The position numbers were made by a program, and so were the translations under genes. Below, piece after piece: positions 14,419 to 30,640 of a stretch of 64,000 nucleotides of DNA. Position 1 is the stretch's first letter; the number at the start of each line of letters is the position of its first letter. Under the pieces are notes generated by a model. That model saw nothing but the letters and a program-made list of their open reading frames with translations. It was not told the origin of the DNA and did not search any database. This DNA comes from the human T2T-CHM13v2.0 reference genome, Homo sapiens. The stretch lies in the NCBI RefSeq assembly GCF_009914755.1, contig NC_060925.1. One strand, written 5' to 3'.

Positions 14419-15253
14419 CTGCAGAAAGAAGGATGAAACTGACATTTTCAAAGCACCTGTAACATACCAGGTGTTCATCTCACTCAGTTTCACATCTGTC
14501 CTATTGTAGATAAATTAAATTATTCTCATTTTACAGACAAAGAAACTGAGGCTTGAGGAAGTGAAGCCACTTATCCAAAGTCTCCTTACTCTAAAGCCCA
14601 AGCTCTTGCTATCATACACACCACAATCACAGGCATCAATTAAATGCCATCTGATGGATACTTGGTTTTCAGGGCAATAGTGGAACCAGGATATGGACAT
14701 AGATTTGTGTCTGCTGACTAACTCTGGTGGACTAAAGATGACGATTCCCCAGACAGAACCAGCTTTTGCCCCTGCCATCCTGACTCCCAACACAACCAAT
14801 GCCATTCTGAGGAATTCCCAGAGGAACAAGGGACAGAAGAGGCTTCTTTCCCAACACAACTGGCTCTGATCTGTGCCCACTCCTAGGTTCAACTAATATA
14901 TGCCATTGTTGGAGACTTGGTGATTCAGCAGGGAGAAGCTGGATTAAGGATGACAGCTCTTGCCCTGTCCCTGTCACATCCCTCTATGCCTGGGATCTGA
15001 AAGTCCCTGTGGATTCCAGGAGACTCATGAACAAGGGGAGAGTTAGGCAAACAAGGGCTGGTACACGGCCACCTAATCCTGCCTCTTCTGCAGGGAAGTG
15101 ATGCCTTCTCTGAGCGACTGGCCTGGCTAACACAACTTTCCTCATCCTCCCCTGGGGAGAAGCCAGAGCTTGGGCCTCATGATCACTGCCATCCCTCAAG
15201 GCCTGGGCTCTCCTCAGCTTCACCCAGCCCTGGGCTGGAGCATGGAAAGAGGA

Positions 15254-15405
15254 GCACCAGGACAGGGACTGGCCAAACTGCAGCCACCTGGGCACCAGGA
15301 CAGGGACTGGCCAAACCGTGGCCACCTGGGCACCAGGACAGGGACTGGCCAAACCGTGCCCACCTGGGCACCAGGACAGGGACTGTCCAAACTGTGGCTG
15401 CCTGG
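15254..15405 (+). repeat. 38-bp minisatellite, 4 copies (gcaccaggacagggactggccaaacygyrgccacctgg) in ASAP3 intron 24
   Basis: Units start at 15254, 15292, 15330 and 15368 with few substitutions. Confidence 0.95.
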
Positions 15406-15522
15406 GCCCATCTGTACCCCAACCATGGGGAGGTCTCCCACCCCAATACGCCTACTCTTGACTAACTCTGCCTCCCAGGCACCCTGCCACCGCCCCTCAA
15501 ACCATGGTCCCAGAGTTCCTAC

Positions 15523-15613
15523 CGGCACGTTCCTTCTGGGCAGAGGCTGCCTGGCTGAGGGACCATCTTCAGGGCTCCGCGCCCCCCGCCGATAGGAGCG
15601 AGTGCTCTCGGAG
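15523..15613 (-). CDS. ASAP3: ASAP3 exon 24 (91 nt; SESTRSYRRG...PLPRRNVP)
   Basis: AG/GT boundaries; phase 2 to 0, consistent with neighbours. Confidence 0.93.
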
Positions 15614-16057
15614 CTGGAAGGCAGGGAAAGGCCAACATGACCCTCATGTCCAGAGAGCCCCTCAGAGTGGGGAGAAAGGGCTCAGGAACAGAGCCAGTCT
15701 GGGGGCTTAGGATGGGTGGGTAGAGTCCACAAGGCCCCCAGGCCAGGTCCATCACAGGCCCAAGAAGGCTGGAACTGACCTCCAGAAGACTCTGTGGATA
15801 TCTGCAGGTCTACTTCTCCCCAAACTCCAGACTGAATGGGTTTGTATGGAAGGGAGAAGACTGGATCCTGGGTTGGAGGTGGGGACAGAGTGAAGACCCC
15901 ACTGAGAGCCTCTAGAATAAGCCACACAGGGGGCTAAGCCTACTTTACTCCAACATCAGCAGGGAGGATCCCTGGCTCCTCCTCAGCTCTCCATGCAGGA
16001 TTTGGGAGCAAGTGTGTGAAGGGGGAAGGGGTCCCAGGGTTCAGCATTTCTGCATAA

Positions 16058-16862
<805 letters not shown>

Positions 16863-17565
16863 TGATGAAGCCTTTGTTCGCGGTGGCCAGGGCCATGCTG
16901 ACTCACTTTTTTGCTTGTGCTCATACCCTGTCCCAGTTTGGATTCTCCTGCTCATCCCTCAGGTTCACTCATATGCTATCCTCACCAGGAAGCCTTCTTA
17001 AACCAACCCCCAATCCCAGCAGGACATGCTCCCTCTCCAACTGCCCCAACCTCCCACAACAAGTCTGTTCCTTCATTCGACAAATAGTTCTTGAGAACAG
17101 CCAGGCTCTGCGCTAGGCACTGGACAAATAGTATTCAATGAAACACTCAAAGTCCTTGTCCTTTTGGGATTTACATTCTATATCACATTGTGCCTTGTAT
17201 TATAATGAATTGCATTCCAGTTTTTATCTCCCCTACTAGACTGTGTCTTGGTAGCCCTCAAAGGACTCAGGATGAAGGGGATGCTCAATAAACTCGTTTC
17301 TCTCTTGTTAAGTGGAGCATTGAGGAATTTGGAATAAGATGGGCTGAGATTTGAATCCTACATCAGAGACTTATTAGCTGTGGGATCTTAAACATGTGAC
17401 TTAACACCTCTGTTCTTTTATCTGTAAGGGGAAGATGAGAACCCCTTCCTGGGAGGTCATCATAAGGATAGTACGGACTAACATATGCACTCAGCTCAGT
17501 GCCCCAGCATATACAGGTCCTCTGTGAATGGCATGGTGAGCATTTATCTGGGCATCCAACTGTAC

Positions 17566-17761
17566 CTCCACTGGCATGTCTTGCACACCCTTGGACCAAA
17601 GTCCGAGAAGAGTTTTTGACTGGCAAGGGCGGGGGACAGTCCTCACTCTCGCCCTGAGGGGTGGCTGCTCCCAGGCTGGCGACAGTCTCATAGGTCTTGT
17701 TGCTGATGTCCAGCCTCCCACTGGCCCAGTGAGCCTGGGCCGGGAGCTTCAGCAAGCAGCG
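17566..17761 (-). CDS. ASAP3: ASAP3 exon 22 (196 nt; RCLLKLP...PPPLPVKN...HASG)
   Basis: Within ORF 17363..17773; AG/GT boundaries. Confidence 0.94.
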
Positions 17762-17913
17762 CTGCCAGAGCAAAAGATTGAGGATGAGGACAGCCTGGTT
17801 CCTCCGGTGTAGCCCTGTCCCCCCGCCTCACCGCCCCCGCCAACACACACCAGGCCCAATCTGGCTCTTTCCTTCTGCCATCCAGAGGCCTGAGGGACAG
17901 GGCTGGGACCCAC

Positions 17914-18021
17914 CTTCTCTTCCTCATCCTCCTCACTGTCAGAGCCAGGCTCTGTGGAAATTACCCAGGAGTAGTCCACATGTAGAGGGAAGGCAAAGGT
18001 CCCCGCCTGGGCCTGCTCCAG
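17914..18021 (-). CDS. ASAP3: ASAP3 exon 21 (108 nt; LEQAQAG...SDSEEDEEEK)
   Basis: AG/GT boundaries; phase 0-0. Confidence 0.94.
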
Positions 18022-18114
18022 CTGCCAAAAACAAAGGCTTGGTGGTTCAGAGGGTTGGGGGCTCAGCAGGGAGAGAGAAAGAGTCAGGGGCCCCTTGCCT
18101 CCCCGAGTCCTCAC

Positions 18115-18182
18115 CAGCTCCTCACACTCCTTGTGGTGCTTCTTCCTGGCTATGTCCAGAGCTGTCTCGCCTGCTTCATTTA
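18115..18182 (-). CDS. ASAP3: ASAP3 exon 20 (68 nt; VNEAGETALDIARKKHHKECEEL), ankyrin region
   Basis: Ankyrin-like GETALD motif; AG/GT boundaries. Confidence 0.94.
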
Positions 18183-18742
18183 CTGTGAGCGGGGAAAGTC
18201 AGGGTTCATGGTCATAGTCAAAGAAACATTACAGCTTAGAGATTAAGACGGGCCTCTGGAATCAGAATGTATGGGTTTGAATCCTGGCTCTGCCATTTTC
18301 TGGCTATGTGACCATAGGCAAGTTATATAACCTTTTGGGACAAAATTGTTTATGAAATGAGTATAATACTTGGAACTACCTGATGAAGTGGTTGTGAGGA
18401 TTCGATTAATTAACATACAAAAAGCACTTGTCCCATTGCCAGGCATATGTTAAACAATACATATTAGCTATTACAATCATTATCATTCAGATCTAGCTAA
18501 TATTTATTTGCCTAAGTACTCCCAGAAATATTATTTTCTTTTTTCTTTAGCAGTCCTGCTAGGTCAGTGGTATTATTCCCATTTTACAGATGAGGAAGCT
18601 GAAATTCAAGAGCTGAATGACAAACCCCTAAGATCACAGAGGTGGTCAGAAGCAAGCCAGGATTAGAGCCCGAGACCATCGGAAGTCCACATAAGGGGTA
18701 GTCAGGAATAGGAGTCTGACGGAGGAGGTATTCAAGCCCCAC

Positions 18743-18858
18743 CTGTGCCAACCAAAGCTCTCCCCTTCAGCAGCAGCTTGAGGCAGTCGGGCTGGTTGTA
18801 GAGTGCTGCGTAGTGCAGAGCCGTGTTCCCGTCAGCAGCCTTGGCATCCAGGTGACCA
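18743..18858 (-). CDS. ASAP3: ASAP3 exon 19 (116 nt; GHLDAKAADGNTALHYAA...LLKGRALVGT), ankyrin repeat
   Basis: GNTALHYAA ankyrin consensus; AG/GT boundaries. Confidence 0.95.
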
Positions 18859-19021
18859 CTGGGGAGAGGAGGGTTCAGGGAGAAAGGAAGGGGAACAGAT
18901 CAATGAGGGGATCAAAGTCAGGGGAAAAAGTGGGAGGGGAAAGGAGGGAAGAGAATGGGAGAAGAGGAAGGAAAGGAGAGGGAGTGTGAGGAGCCAGACA
19001 GACAGGCAGGGAGGCTCTCAC

Positions 19022-19107
19022 CCGTTCTGGATGATGAAATCCACCAGAGGCAGGGAAGCCTGGTTGGCGACTTTGACAGCCAAATGCAAGACGAGTTCTT
19101 CAGGTGC
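19022..19107 (-). CDS. ASAP3: ASAP3 exon 18 (86 nt; APEELVLHLAV...FIIQNG), ankyrin repeat
   Basis: AG/GT boundaries; phase consistent. Confidence 0.94.
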
Positions 19108-19519
19108 CTGAAAACACATCCACACCTCTGAGATTCCCCCCCCAGTGCACCTGCCTCCAACCCAGTATTTCCCTCTTGAACTCTTGCTAACCCCTTATCC
19201 CCCCATAGGAAGCTGCCAGAACCCTGGAGAGATGAGACTGCAAGGGCAGAGCCTCATGTCTGGGAGGAAGGTGAAGGGCCATTCTCCCATTGTTCCCATT
19301 CACGGCTCTTCCTCCTCTGCCCCCAACAAGTGTTTCCCAAACTTCTTTCTCAGCTCTCGGCTCCTCTCCCTGATCGCACTTCCCCACCAAGACCTCAGCA
19401 ACCTCACATTTTCAACTATCACACATGTGCAGGCTGTTCCAAATTCTTACCTCACCTAAGTGCTGCACTGCCCATTGGATAGCCCACCAAGATATCAGAC
19501 AGACAGTTCAAAGATACCC

Positions 19520-19818
19520 GTTTTTAGTTTTTCTGAGACAGGGTCTCGCTTTGTCACCCAAGCTGGAGAGCAGTGGCGCAATCACAGCTCTCTGTAGCCT
19601 CAACCTCCTGGGCTCAAGCCACCCTCCCACCTCAGCCTTCTGAGTAGCTGGGACCACAGGTGTGTGCCACCATACCCAGCTAATTTTAGTTGTTGTTGTA
19701 GAGATGGGGGTTTCCTTATTTTGCCCAAGCTGATTCTGAACTCCTGGGCTCAAGTGATCCTTTCACTTTGGCCTCCCAAAGTGTTGGGATTACAGGCGTG
19801 AGCCACCACACCCAGCCA
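19520..19818 (-). mobile_element. Alu (J-like)
   Basis: Alu consensus. Confidence 0.93.
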
Positions 19819-20339
19819 ACATCCAATTTTTGATGTCGAATCAGTCAGCAACTCCTGTTGATTTACTTTTTCAAATGTCTCTGATATCCTTTCTCCATGC
19901 TCATGTGTTTGTTCTTGGAATAGCCAAAGCAATGTGGCCTTCCTGGCTCTAAACTGACATGCCCTTATATTTCAGGGCTATTTAGGTGAAAGAAAAAGAT
20001 ATTAACGTTTATTGCATGCCCATTGTACACTAAGCCCTTTATATACATGACTTCTCACTTCATCACCGTGGGTGCTATTATTAACCCCTTTTATAGATGA
20101 GGAAATGAGACTCAGAGAAGTAACCTGCCCTAGATCACACAGCTAGGAAAAAACAGAGCCAGGATTCCCACCCAGGTCTGCCTGACTGAAGCTGTGCTCT
20201 TTCCCACTTACCACTCTGATGGGTGAGATCTGAGCAGATGTCAGAGGTGGGGTGGAGGGGAGTAACAGCTGGTCCTGGAGAAGAACTGGGGAATATGTTA
20301 GACAGGTGGGTTATAAGTGGCCCTTGGAGGGGTTCTCAC

Positions 20340-20517
20340 CTGTGCATCAGGCCCTGGCAGCGGCTGTCCAAAGTCCTGCCCATTGGCAAAGGCCTCCAGT
20401 ACCGACAGGAGGTCCCTGTTGCAAATGGCTGTCCAGAGTCGCTGAGGCTCAGGTGTGCACCGGCGTGCAAACCTATGCTCCACATACTTGGCCATAATGT
20501 AGTCCCTGCGGGTGCCC
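20340..20517 (-). CDS. ASAP3: ASAP3 exon 17 (178 nt; GTRRDYIMAKYVEHRF...GPDAQ), end of the ArfGAP domain
   Basis: R..YI.AKY ArfGAP motif; ORF 20298..20534. Confidence 0.95.
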
Positions 20518-20663
20518 CTACCAAAAACAACCACAGGATCTCAGAGCATGGACCGTGTCTGCCCAGCTGATCCCTGGGGCCCTCCCACAGGAGATACAGC
20601 TCTCTTTTTCTCCAGAACCATGTCCTGAAGACGTCTAGATCTGAGGCTCCCCTCTCCCCAGGC

Positions 20664-20951
20664 TTTTTTTTTAGGCAGTCTCACTCTATTGCCCAGGAGG
20701 GAGTGCAGTGGCGCAATCTCGTTTCACTACAACCTCTGCTTCCAGGGTTCAAGCAATTCTAGTGCCTCAACCTCCTGAGTAGCTGGAATTACAGGCGTGT
20801 GCCACCACGCCCAGCTAATTCTTGTATTTTGAGTACAGGCGGGGTTTTGCCATCTTAGCCGGGCTGGTCTCAAATTCCTGACCTCAAGTGATCCGCCCGC
20901 CTTGGCCTCCCAAAGTGCTGGGATTACAGGCGTGAGCCACTGCGCCCAGCC
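20664..20951 (-). mobile_element. Alu
   Basis: Alu consensus. Confidence 0.93.
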
Positions 20952-21048
20952 TCCCCAGACTTCTGATCCAAGACTTTTCTACGACCCTGGACACTGCGGA
21001 GGCAGAATCCCCTAGGCAGGGTGCCCCTCTCTCTGAGAATCCCCTTAC

Positions 21049-21143
21049 ATGTCACTCTCAGCTGAGGGTTTAGGGCCGCCGTGTGAGGGTAGCTGGGCCT
21101 CCATGACCTCATTGAAGCTCGTGTTTCCCATGTTCAAGGCCAG
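21049..21143 (-). CDS. ASAP3: ASAP3 exon 16 (95 nt; LALNMGNTSFNEVMEA...SDM), ArfGAP
   Basis: GN...N...EA ArfGAP motif; AG/GT boundaries. Confidence 0.95.
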
Positions 21144-21279
21144 CTGGAGTCGTAGGAAAATAGACGTGGGGCGGAGTAAGACCGGGCGGTTAAGCCTGCA
21201 TAGGGTGGAGCTCCAAGCCCCCAGAGTCCCGCCCCTCGGCCGCCCTCCCGGTTCAGGCCCCGCCCCTGACCACCCGCTA

Positions 21280-21582
<303 letters not shown>

Positions 21583-21618
21583 TTAAGCCTCCCTCCTGCC
21601 CCGGCCCCGGGGACCGAC

Positions 21619-21809
21619 CTGCAGCCCCGCAGTCGCAGCACTGGCTATTCCCAGGCCTGCTCTTCACCTCCGCGATGAGCAGCTTTGTGAGGTCGTGCGG
21701 CTCCCCATCATGGCCGGCGGACCCCCAGGACCCCGGGCCAGCGCTGGGCTCCCCGAGGAAGGCGCTGCTCAGGGCTTCGTCCTTGCTGTTCTGCAACACT
21801 GACACCCAC
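21619..21809 (-). CDS. ASAP3: ASAP3 exon 14 (191 nt; WVSVLQNSK...GNSQCCDCGAA), PH end to ArfGAP start
   Basis: PH terminal Trp helix and first CxxC; AG/GT boundaries. Confidence 0.96.
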
Positions 21810-21912
21810 CTGCGGAGATTGAACGGGGTGGGATGGGGATGTCAAGTGGGAAGAGATAGGGCCGCCGGCCCCCACCCACAAGGCTGGCCGGGCTGGCCGA
21901 GGGGGCACTCAC

Positions 21913-21961
21913 GCCTCACACTCGTGCTCGTCCTCTGCCTGAAAGTGGTACGTCCGGTTGT
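21913..21961 (-). CDS. ASAP3: ASAP3 exon 13 (49 nt; NRTYHFQAEDEHECEA), PH domain
   Basis: RTYHFQAE PH motif; AG/GT boundaries. Confidence 0.95.
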
Positions 21962-23235
21962 CTGTCGGGAGAGAAGGGGGCTTCTGACCCACAGAAATGC
22001 TGCTGGCCTTCCCGGAGCCCAGGGAGCCCCCACCAAAGCCGCTGGGGCCACATGGAGATGTGTCCCTGACAAGTCGGACTCTCAAGCTAGGAGTGGGAAG
22101 GGAGTGGAATGACAGTGGCCAGCACCAGGGGCAGTTTCTCAGAAGTGGCCTCCGAAGTAGGATCCCAACAAAGCTCCCTCTGCGTGAAGCCCTGGTTCCA
22201 GGCTCAGACGAGGTCTCAAAGGGCTTGGAACCCCAGAGAACCCAGCTCTGAGGCAGGGCATCCTCTGAACCAACTGTCACCACCCCACTGGGCCCTTCCT
22301 GGTCTCCTCCTGGGCGACCAGGCCTCCTGTCTGGTCTCCCTGCTTCCCATTTCCCCTTTCCCCTAGCCTGTACCAGCTCCCAACTGTTGTGCCCAAGGCT
22401 CTGCTCTAATTACACCACTGCCCTGCCCCAAGATCTCCCATGGCTCTCTATTGCCAGGAAATAAGGTCCAAACTTTTAAGAGGGATTTCCAGGCCTCATC
22501 TCTCACTCTGCTACATGAACCCTCCACTCTGGCCAAACCGGCCAGACCCACTCTCCTGCTTCCATGCCTTTCATCATGCTAATCCTGTCTCCTCAAAAGC
22601 CCCCACCCCACAAACTCTTCATTCTACATGTCCTTCAAGGCTAAACTCAAATACTGTCTCCTCCAGGAGCCTTTCCTGATTCCCCACAGCAGTGCAGGCC
22701 TTCCTGCTCCCTAATCTTCTATGGGGCTATATCTGCACCCATCTTCTGGACAGCCCCCTCATCTTACAGTCCTGGGTACCCACCCCACACCCCTGCCAGA
22801 GAGTTTCCTGAGGACAAGATCTAGGTCTTTCTCAGCCTGTGTCTGCTCTCACACAAAGCCTGCACCAAAGGCTCTGAAGAACGAAAAGTAGAAAATGTAA
22901 AGAAACAATAATTTCATCTCCTTCAAGTCTGGGTATTTGGGAAAAAAAGGTAAAATTTTAAAAAAAGAAATAATTTCAAAACCCAGATGACCCAAATCCA
23001 CTCAAATATGCTCTGTATAAATAGCCACATTTATTATGTAAAGTGGGTGCATTTTGACATTTAATGTGATGTGGGTATCCTAGACCTAAGGATTCTTATG
23101 TCTGCAGTAGCAGCAATTCGACACCATGTGTGGAACTGGACACAGACCCCTCACTGAAGCCCCCCGGGAGCTGACAGGTGTCTTAGAGAAGCCCTGAGCA
23201 GCTGTGGGTGGGGGAGAGGCACAGGGACCACTCAC

Positions 23236-23323
23236 GGGTCACCAGGTCGAAGCACTTTTTCTCCTCAGGGTTTGGCCTCACTTGGCACGTCAGCAGGGTC
23301 AGCTTCACCGGGGGCCGGTTTAT
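23236..23323 (-). CDS. ASAP3: ASAP3 exon 12 (88 nt; INRPPVKLTLLTCQVRPNPEEKKCFDLVT), PH domain
   Basis: AG/GT boundaries; ASAP-family PH sequence. Confidence 0.95.
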
Positions 23324-23649
23324 CTGTGGGAATTTAGGGGCGGAGGATGTATGCATTACCTCTGGCCCTCCACATTCTTTAGGCCTCCATTTCCCACTCT
23401 GTTAAATGGGCATAATCATCCTGTTCCATTTGTGTTTCTCCTCACCCAGCAGCACCTCAAGGATGTGGAGTGTAGACTAAGACTAGATTGGGGCCTTCAG
23501 GTCCCATCTGTCCTCCCAAACGGGTCTCCAGCTCCCTGGACCTAGGTTTGGGGGCCAGTCTTAGAGGGAGGGCTTGACATTATTTGCTCAGAACACCAGA
23601 AGAAGAGGGTCCATCGTGCCCTGAGACTCCCACCACCTCTAGGCCTCAC

Positions 23650-23719
23650 CGTGCTGTGTGAGATGGTCAGGCAGCCATACTTGACTCCACACTTCCTTTT
23701 CTGCCAGACTCTTCGAATT
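23650..23719 (-). CDS. ASAP3: ASAP3 exon 11 (70 nt; IRRVWQKRKCGVKYGCLTISHST), PH domain
   Basis: WQKR PH beta-2 motif; AG/GT boundaries. Confidence 0.95.
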
Positions 23720-23884
23720 CTAAAGCCCAGAGGGATAGAAGGACAGTGACCCAAGGCTCACACCTAGTTCGCAGGTGTCAGAGAACAGAAATTTGCCCCC
23801 ACCTGTATGATCTCTAGCCACATCCCTTTACCTCTTTCTTCTCCTAACCCTACACCCCCACCCCTGACCCCTGACTCTCTGGGG

Positions 23885-24076
23885 CTCCCTTCTGATGGAG
23901 GAGACACAGTTCTGCTCTTAGGAAGATGCCAGTCTGATGGAGAAACACAGCCTCACTCCCTGGGAATCCTTATTCTAAGGGGATGATGTGACTTTGGCCC
24001 TCTGAGAGCTCCCAGTCTGATGGGGGAGACATAGCTTATATCATTAGGGAGCTCCTAGTCTGAGAGGCACAGGCTC
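23885..24076 (+). repeat. Degenerate ~40-45-bp tandem repeat (cccagtctgatgggggagacacag core), ~5 units
   Basis: Recurring agtctgatgg...gagaca core. Confidence 0.65.
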
Positions 24077-24240
24077 TTGACAACAACAAATAAATTGTGG
24101 TTCAACTAAGCAAGATCAATATTAATATCCCCAAAATAAAATTAGCAAGTCCATGATCCAAAACTCCGTAACACTTCTCCTGTAACAGGTAAATATTCAT
24201 TGGTTTCTTCTTCAAAGTTATTCTTCTCTGATTAAACTGA

Positions 24241-24611
<371 letters not shown>

Positions 24612-24707
24612 TGATTTTTTTTTTTTTTTTTACACTAGGGAGCAAGGCACAGCCAATACTTTCATTTCTAGGCATATTCAGTATATTGCAGAGATTAATT
24701 AGGGCAT

Positions 24708-25363
<656 letters not shown>

Positions 25364-25590
25364 AGTGTTAGCTACTGCTATTCTTCTTCTTTAACTTAAA
25401 ATAACCAGTCACCTTTAGCAGAAGTTCACATGCCCAGGTGTCCTGGACAACCCAGGAATTGAGGATTTTACATTGCAACCCTCGGTGTCTACACAAATGA
25501 TTAGAACAGTTCCTTTGGGCAGCTTCCCCAACCCTGTCATTTACTTGCAGTGTGACATTGGGCAAATTATGTAAGCTCTGAATCACTTAC

Positions 25591-25700
25591 CCGTCACTTT
25601 TCTTGTATAGAAAGCCCACTTTCTCCGTCCCAAACTGCTTGTTGCCTTGGTGCTGGTGGATGCTATAGCCACATCCTGAGTTCTTCCGGCTCAGGTGTTC
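25591..25700 (-). CDS. ASAP3: ASAP3 exon 10 (110 nt; EHLSRKNSG...GFLYKKSDG), start of PH
   Basis: KVGFLYKK PH beta-1 motif; AG/GT boundaries. Confidence 0.93.
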
Positions 25701-25866
25701 CTGTCCCTCGGACATGCAAAGGAGACCTCAGGGCATCTCAGTGGGAAGAGCCCCATTCTGCGGGGGCTCACTCAGGGAGACTTCTCCAGGGGACCCTGTG
25801 GGTCTTCCTTCTCTCCCTCCCTCCACGGTGGGCCTTGGGGGAGGGCATTCCTTTTGGGATAGTTCA

Positions 25867-25962
<96 letters not shown>

Positions 25963-26116
25963 CTATGGGACAGAGGATGGGATCCCATCACCAGCCAACA
26001 AATATGTCAGGCACAGAGCCCAGACCCAGAAGAGCAGAGCAGTAGCCTCACTCTGTGGGCAGAAGCCAGCTCTTCCACACCCACAGATTTTCCTGGAAGG
26101 ACAGGGGGCTTGATCA

Positions 26117-26341
<225 letters not shown>

Positions 26342-26674
26342 TCAAGAACAGACACTCCATAGACAAGAGTCTCTCTTGACTAGGTTCAAATCCCACTTAC
26401 TAGCTATGTAATCTTGGAAAATAAGCCTCAGTTTTCTCATCTATAAAATGGGGATAATAGAGTACCTGCTCCCAGAAGTGTTGGGGAATTGAGCGAATTG
26501 ATGTTTGTAAAGTACTCATGCCTGACACCCGGTGAGCACTCAATGAGGAACTATGAAAGTTCTGCCAAAAAGATGCAGGCCTCCAAAGAGACTCTCAGGT
26601 CTATCACACCTTGAGAGGGGCCTTGTTCTGTGACACTGGAAGGGTTAGTGGCAGGGACGCGGGAAGATACCTAC

Positions 26675-27145
<471 letters not shown>

Positions 27146-27687
27146 CTATATCCTCTTCTGCCAAGGATGCATGAGCAAAGGGGCCACATGGTGCAGGAGG
27201 CCCTCCTGTGCCAGCTGTGTGGTGGGGCTGGGTACAATGAACAAGACAGTTTAGGGAATCCACAGAGTGGTGGGGGAGAAAGACATGAATCAAATCACAG
27301 CCACGCAGAGAACTATGGGAGAGAAAATGGGGATCCAACCTCGTTGGGGCTAGTCGGGAAGTGATGTCTGAGCTGGGATCTGAAGCCTGAGAAGCTTGGA
27401 GGAAGCTACTGCTGGGCAAGAGGGATGGACCATGTGATGGCCCCAAGGCAGGAGCGAGTGCCAAGATGGAGAGGGCTGGTGCCAGCTAAGGTAAGGAGGT
27501 GCCAGACCATGCAGGGTCTAATTCACACCATGTTAATATATTCTTGGTCTTTATCCCAAGAGTAATGGGAAGGATTTGAAGGTGTTTATTCAGGGGGATG
27601 AAGGACTCAAACAAGGGCCAAGTGAGATTTGGGGCAAACAGTTCTGATTTTCCTGGAAAGGATTTAAGAGCACAGGTGCCTTCAATC

Positions 27688-27975
27688 TTTTTTATTTGTA
27701 TTAATTTTATAGATTCAGGGGGTACAAGTGCAGTTTTGTTTCGTGGATATACTGTGCAGTGGTGAAGCCTGGGCTTTTAGAGTACCCATCACCCGAATAG
27801 TGTACATGGTACCCAATAGGTAATTTTTCATCTCTCACCTATCCTCCCACCTTTTGAAGTCTCCAATGTCTACTATTCTGCTCTGTCTGTCCACATGTAC
27901 CCATTGCTTACCCCCCTACTTATAAGGGAGAAAGAACATGCAGTGTTTGACTTTCTGTTTCTGAGTTATTTCAAA
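27688..27975 (-). mobile_element. L1MA-like 3' end fragment
   Basis: gggggtacaagtgcagttttg...cccatcacccgaatagtgtaca...gaacatgcagtgtttg. Confidence 0.8.
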
Positions 27976-28029
27976 GTGCTTTCATTCTTCTGAGCCCATG
28001 GAGCTTCATACTTAAAGCTCAGAAAACCT

Positions 28030-28656
<627 letters not shown>

Positions 28657-29276
28657 CGTGCTCTTCTCTTTTTAAGTGGAGACAGAAAGCGCTTCCCATC
28701 CTTGTAGCTAAGAGTAACTGGGGCCTTCCCCCTCAGAGGTTGGCTGTTTTCCCTCTTTGGGGATGGGTGGATCTGTGTGTAAATGGTTTCCTGGAAATCC
28801 CACGCCCAGCAGACTACCCACTCACAGCCAGGAGAGTATTTCCACATCTCAGGCTGGGTGCATGTGACTCCAAATCCCATGTAAAGGAAAGGGCTTGCTT
28901 AATAGTTCTGCTCTCAAGTGGGGGCCAGCCCTGAGCAGAGAAGACAAAGACAGAGTGGGATTAATACAAACTCTGCTGCTTGCTGGCTGCATTTATTCCC
29001 CTCTCTGAGCCTTGGTCTCCTCATCTGGAAAACGGAGATTCTTATCTGTACCCAGATGAGGCACAGCATGGAAAAGACTCAGCACATAGAAGACACATGG
29101 CAGCTTTTACTGTAGGCCCCTCAAGGCCTCTGTTTTCCCATCTGTAAATGGAGGAAGCAATGGTCTACGGTAAGTTCTCAGGTCCCTTCTGACTCTAAAG
29201 TTCTGGGCCCTCCTGAGTAGGTAAGACCTCTGGGATAGTGTTCATATACAGAATCTGTCCCTGGGGACCTGTAGAG

Positions 29277-29439
29277 CAGTTTCTCAACCATGGAACTGAT
29301 AACATTTTTGGCCAGATGATTCTTTGTTATGGGGGGCTGCCTGGTGGTTTGTATGTTTAGCAGCCTCCCTGACCTCCACCCACTAGCTGCCAGTAGCATC
29401 CCCCCAGCTGTGACAACCAGAAATGTCTCCAGACATTGC
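29277..29439 (+). mobile_element. MER20 (partial)
   Basis: cagtttctcaacc...gtgacaaccagaaatgtctccagacattgc. Confidence 0.85.
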
Positions 29440-29696
29440 AGGCTCTGTAGGCTTTTTTTTTTTTTTTTTAATTTTAAAGAGGGGGTTATTTTTTATTTCC
29501 TTAAGCTTTCTGATACCCCAAGCAAGAGTTTGTAAAGAGTGGTAGAAGTAGGGTAGGAACTGATCCTGTGAACCAGGCCTGAGGGTCAGGACAGACTTCT
29601 TTGTGAATCTGAAAAAAAGCAGCAGAGAGGGGAGGTGATGGCTGGGCCTGCAGCATCTCAGCAGCAGTGCCTGGCAGCTTGCTATGGAATTAGGGA

Positions 29697-30640
<944 letters not shown>

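Noticed and set aside
15254-15405. CRISPR-like appearance of 38-bp repeats
   Set aside because: Units are contiguous with no unique spacers, no cas genes, and the context is eukaryotic intron; it is a minisatellite
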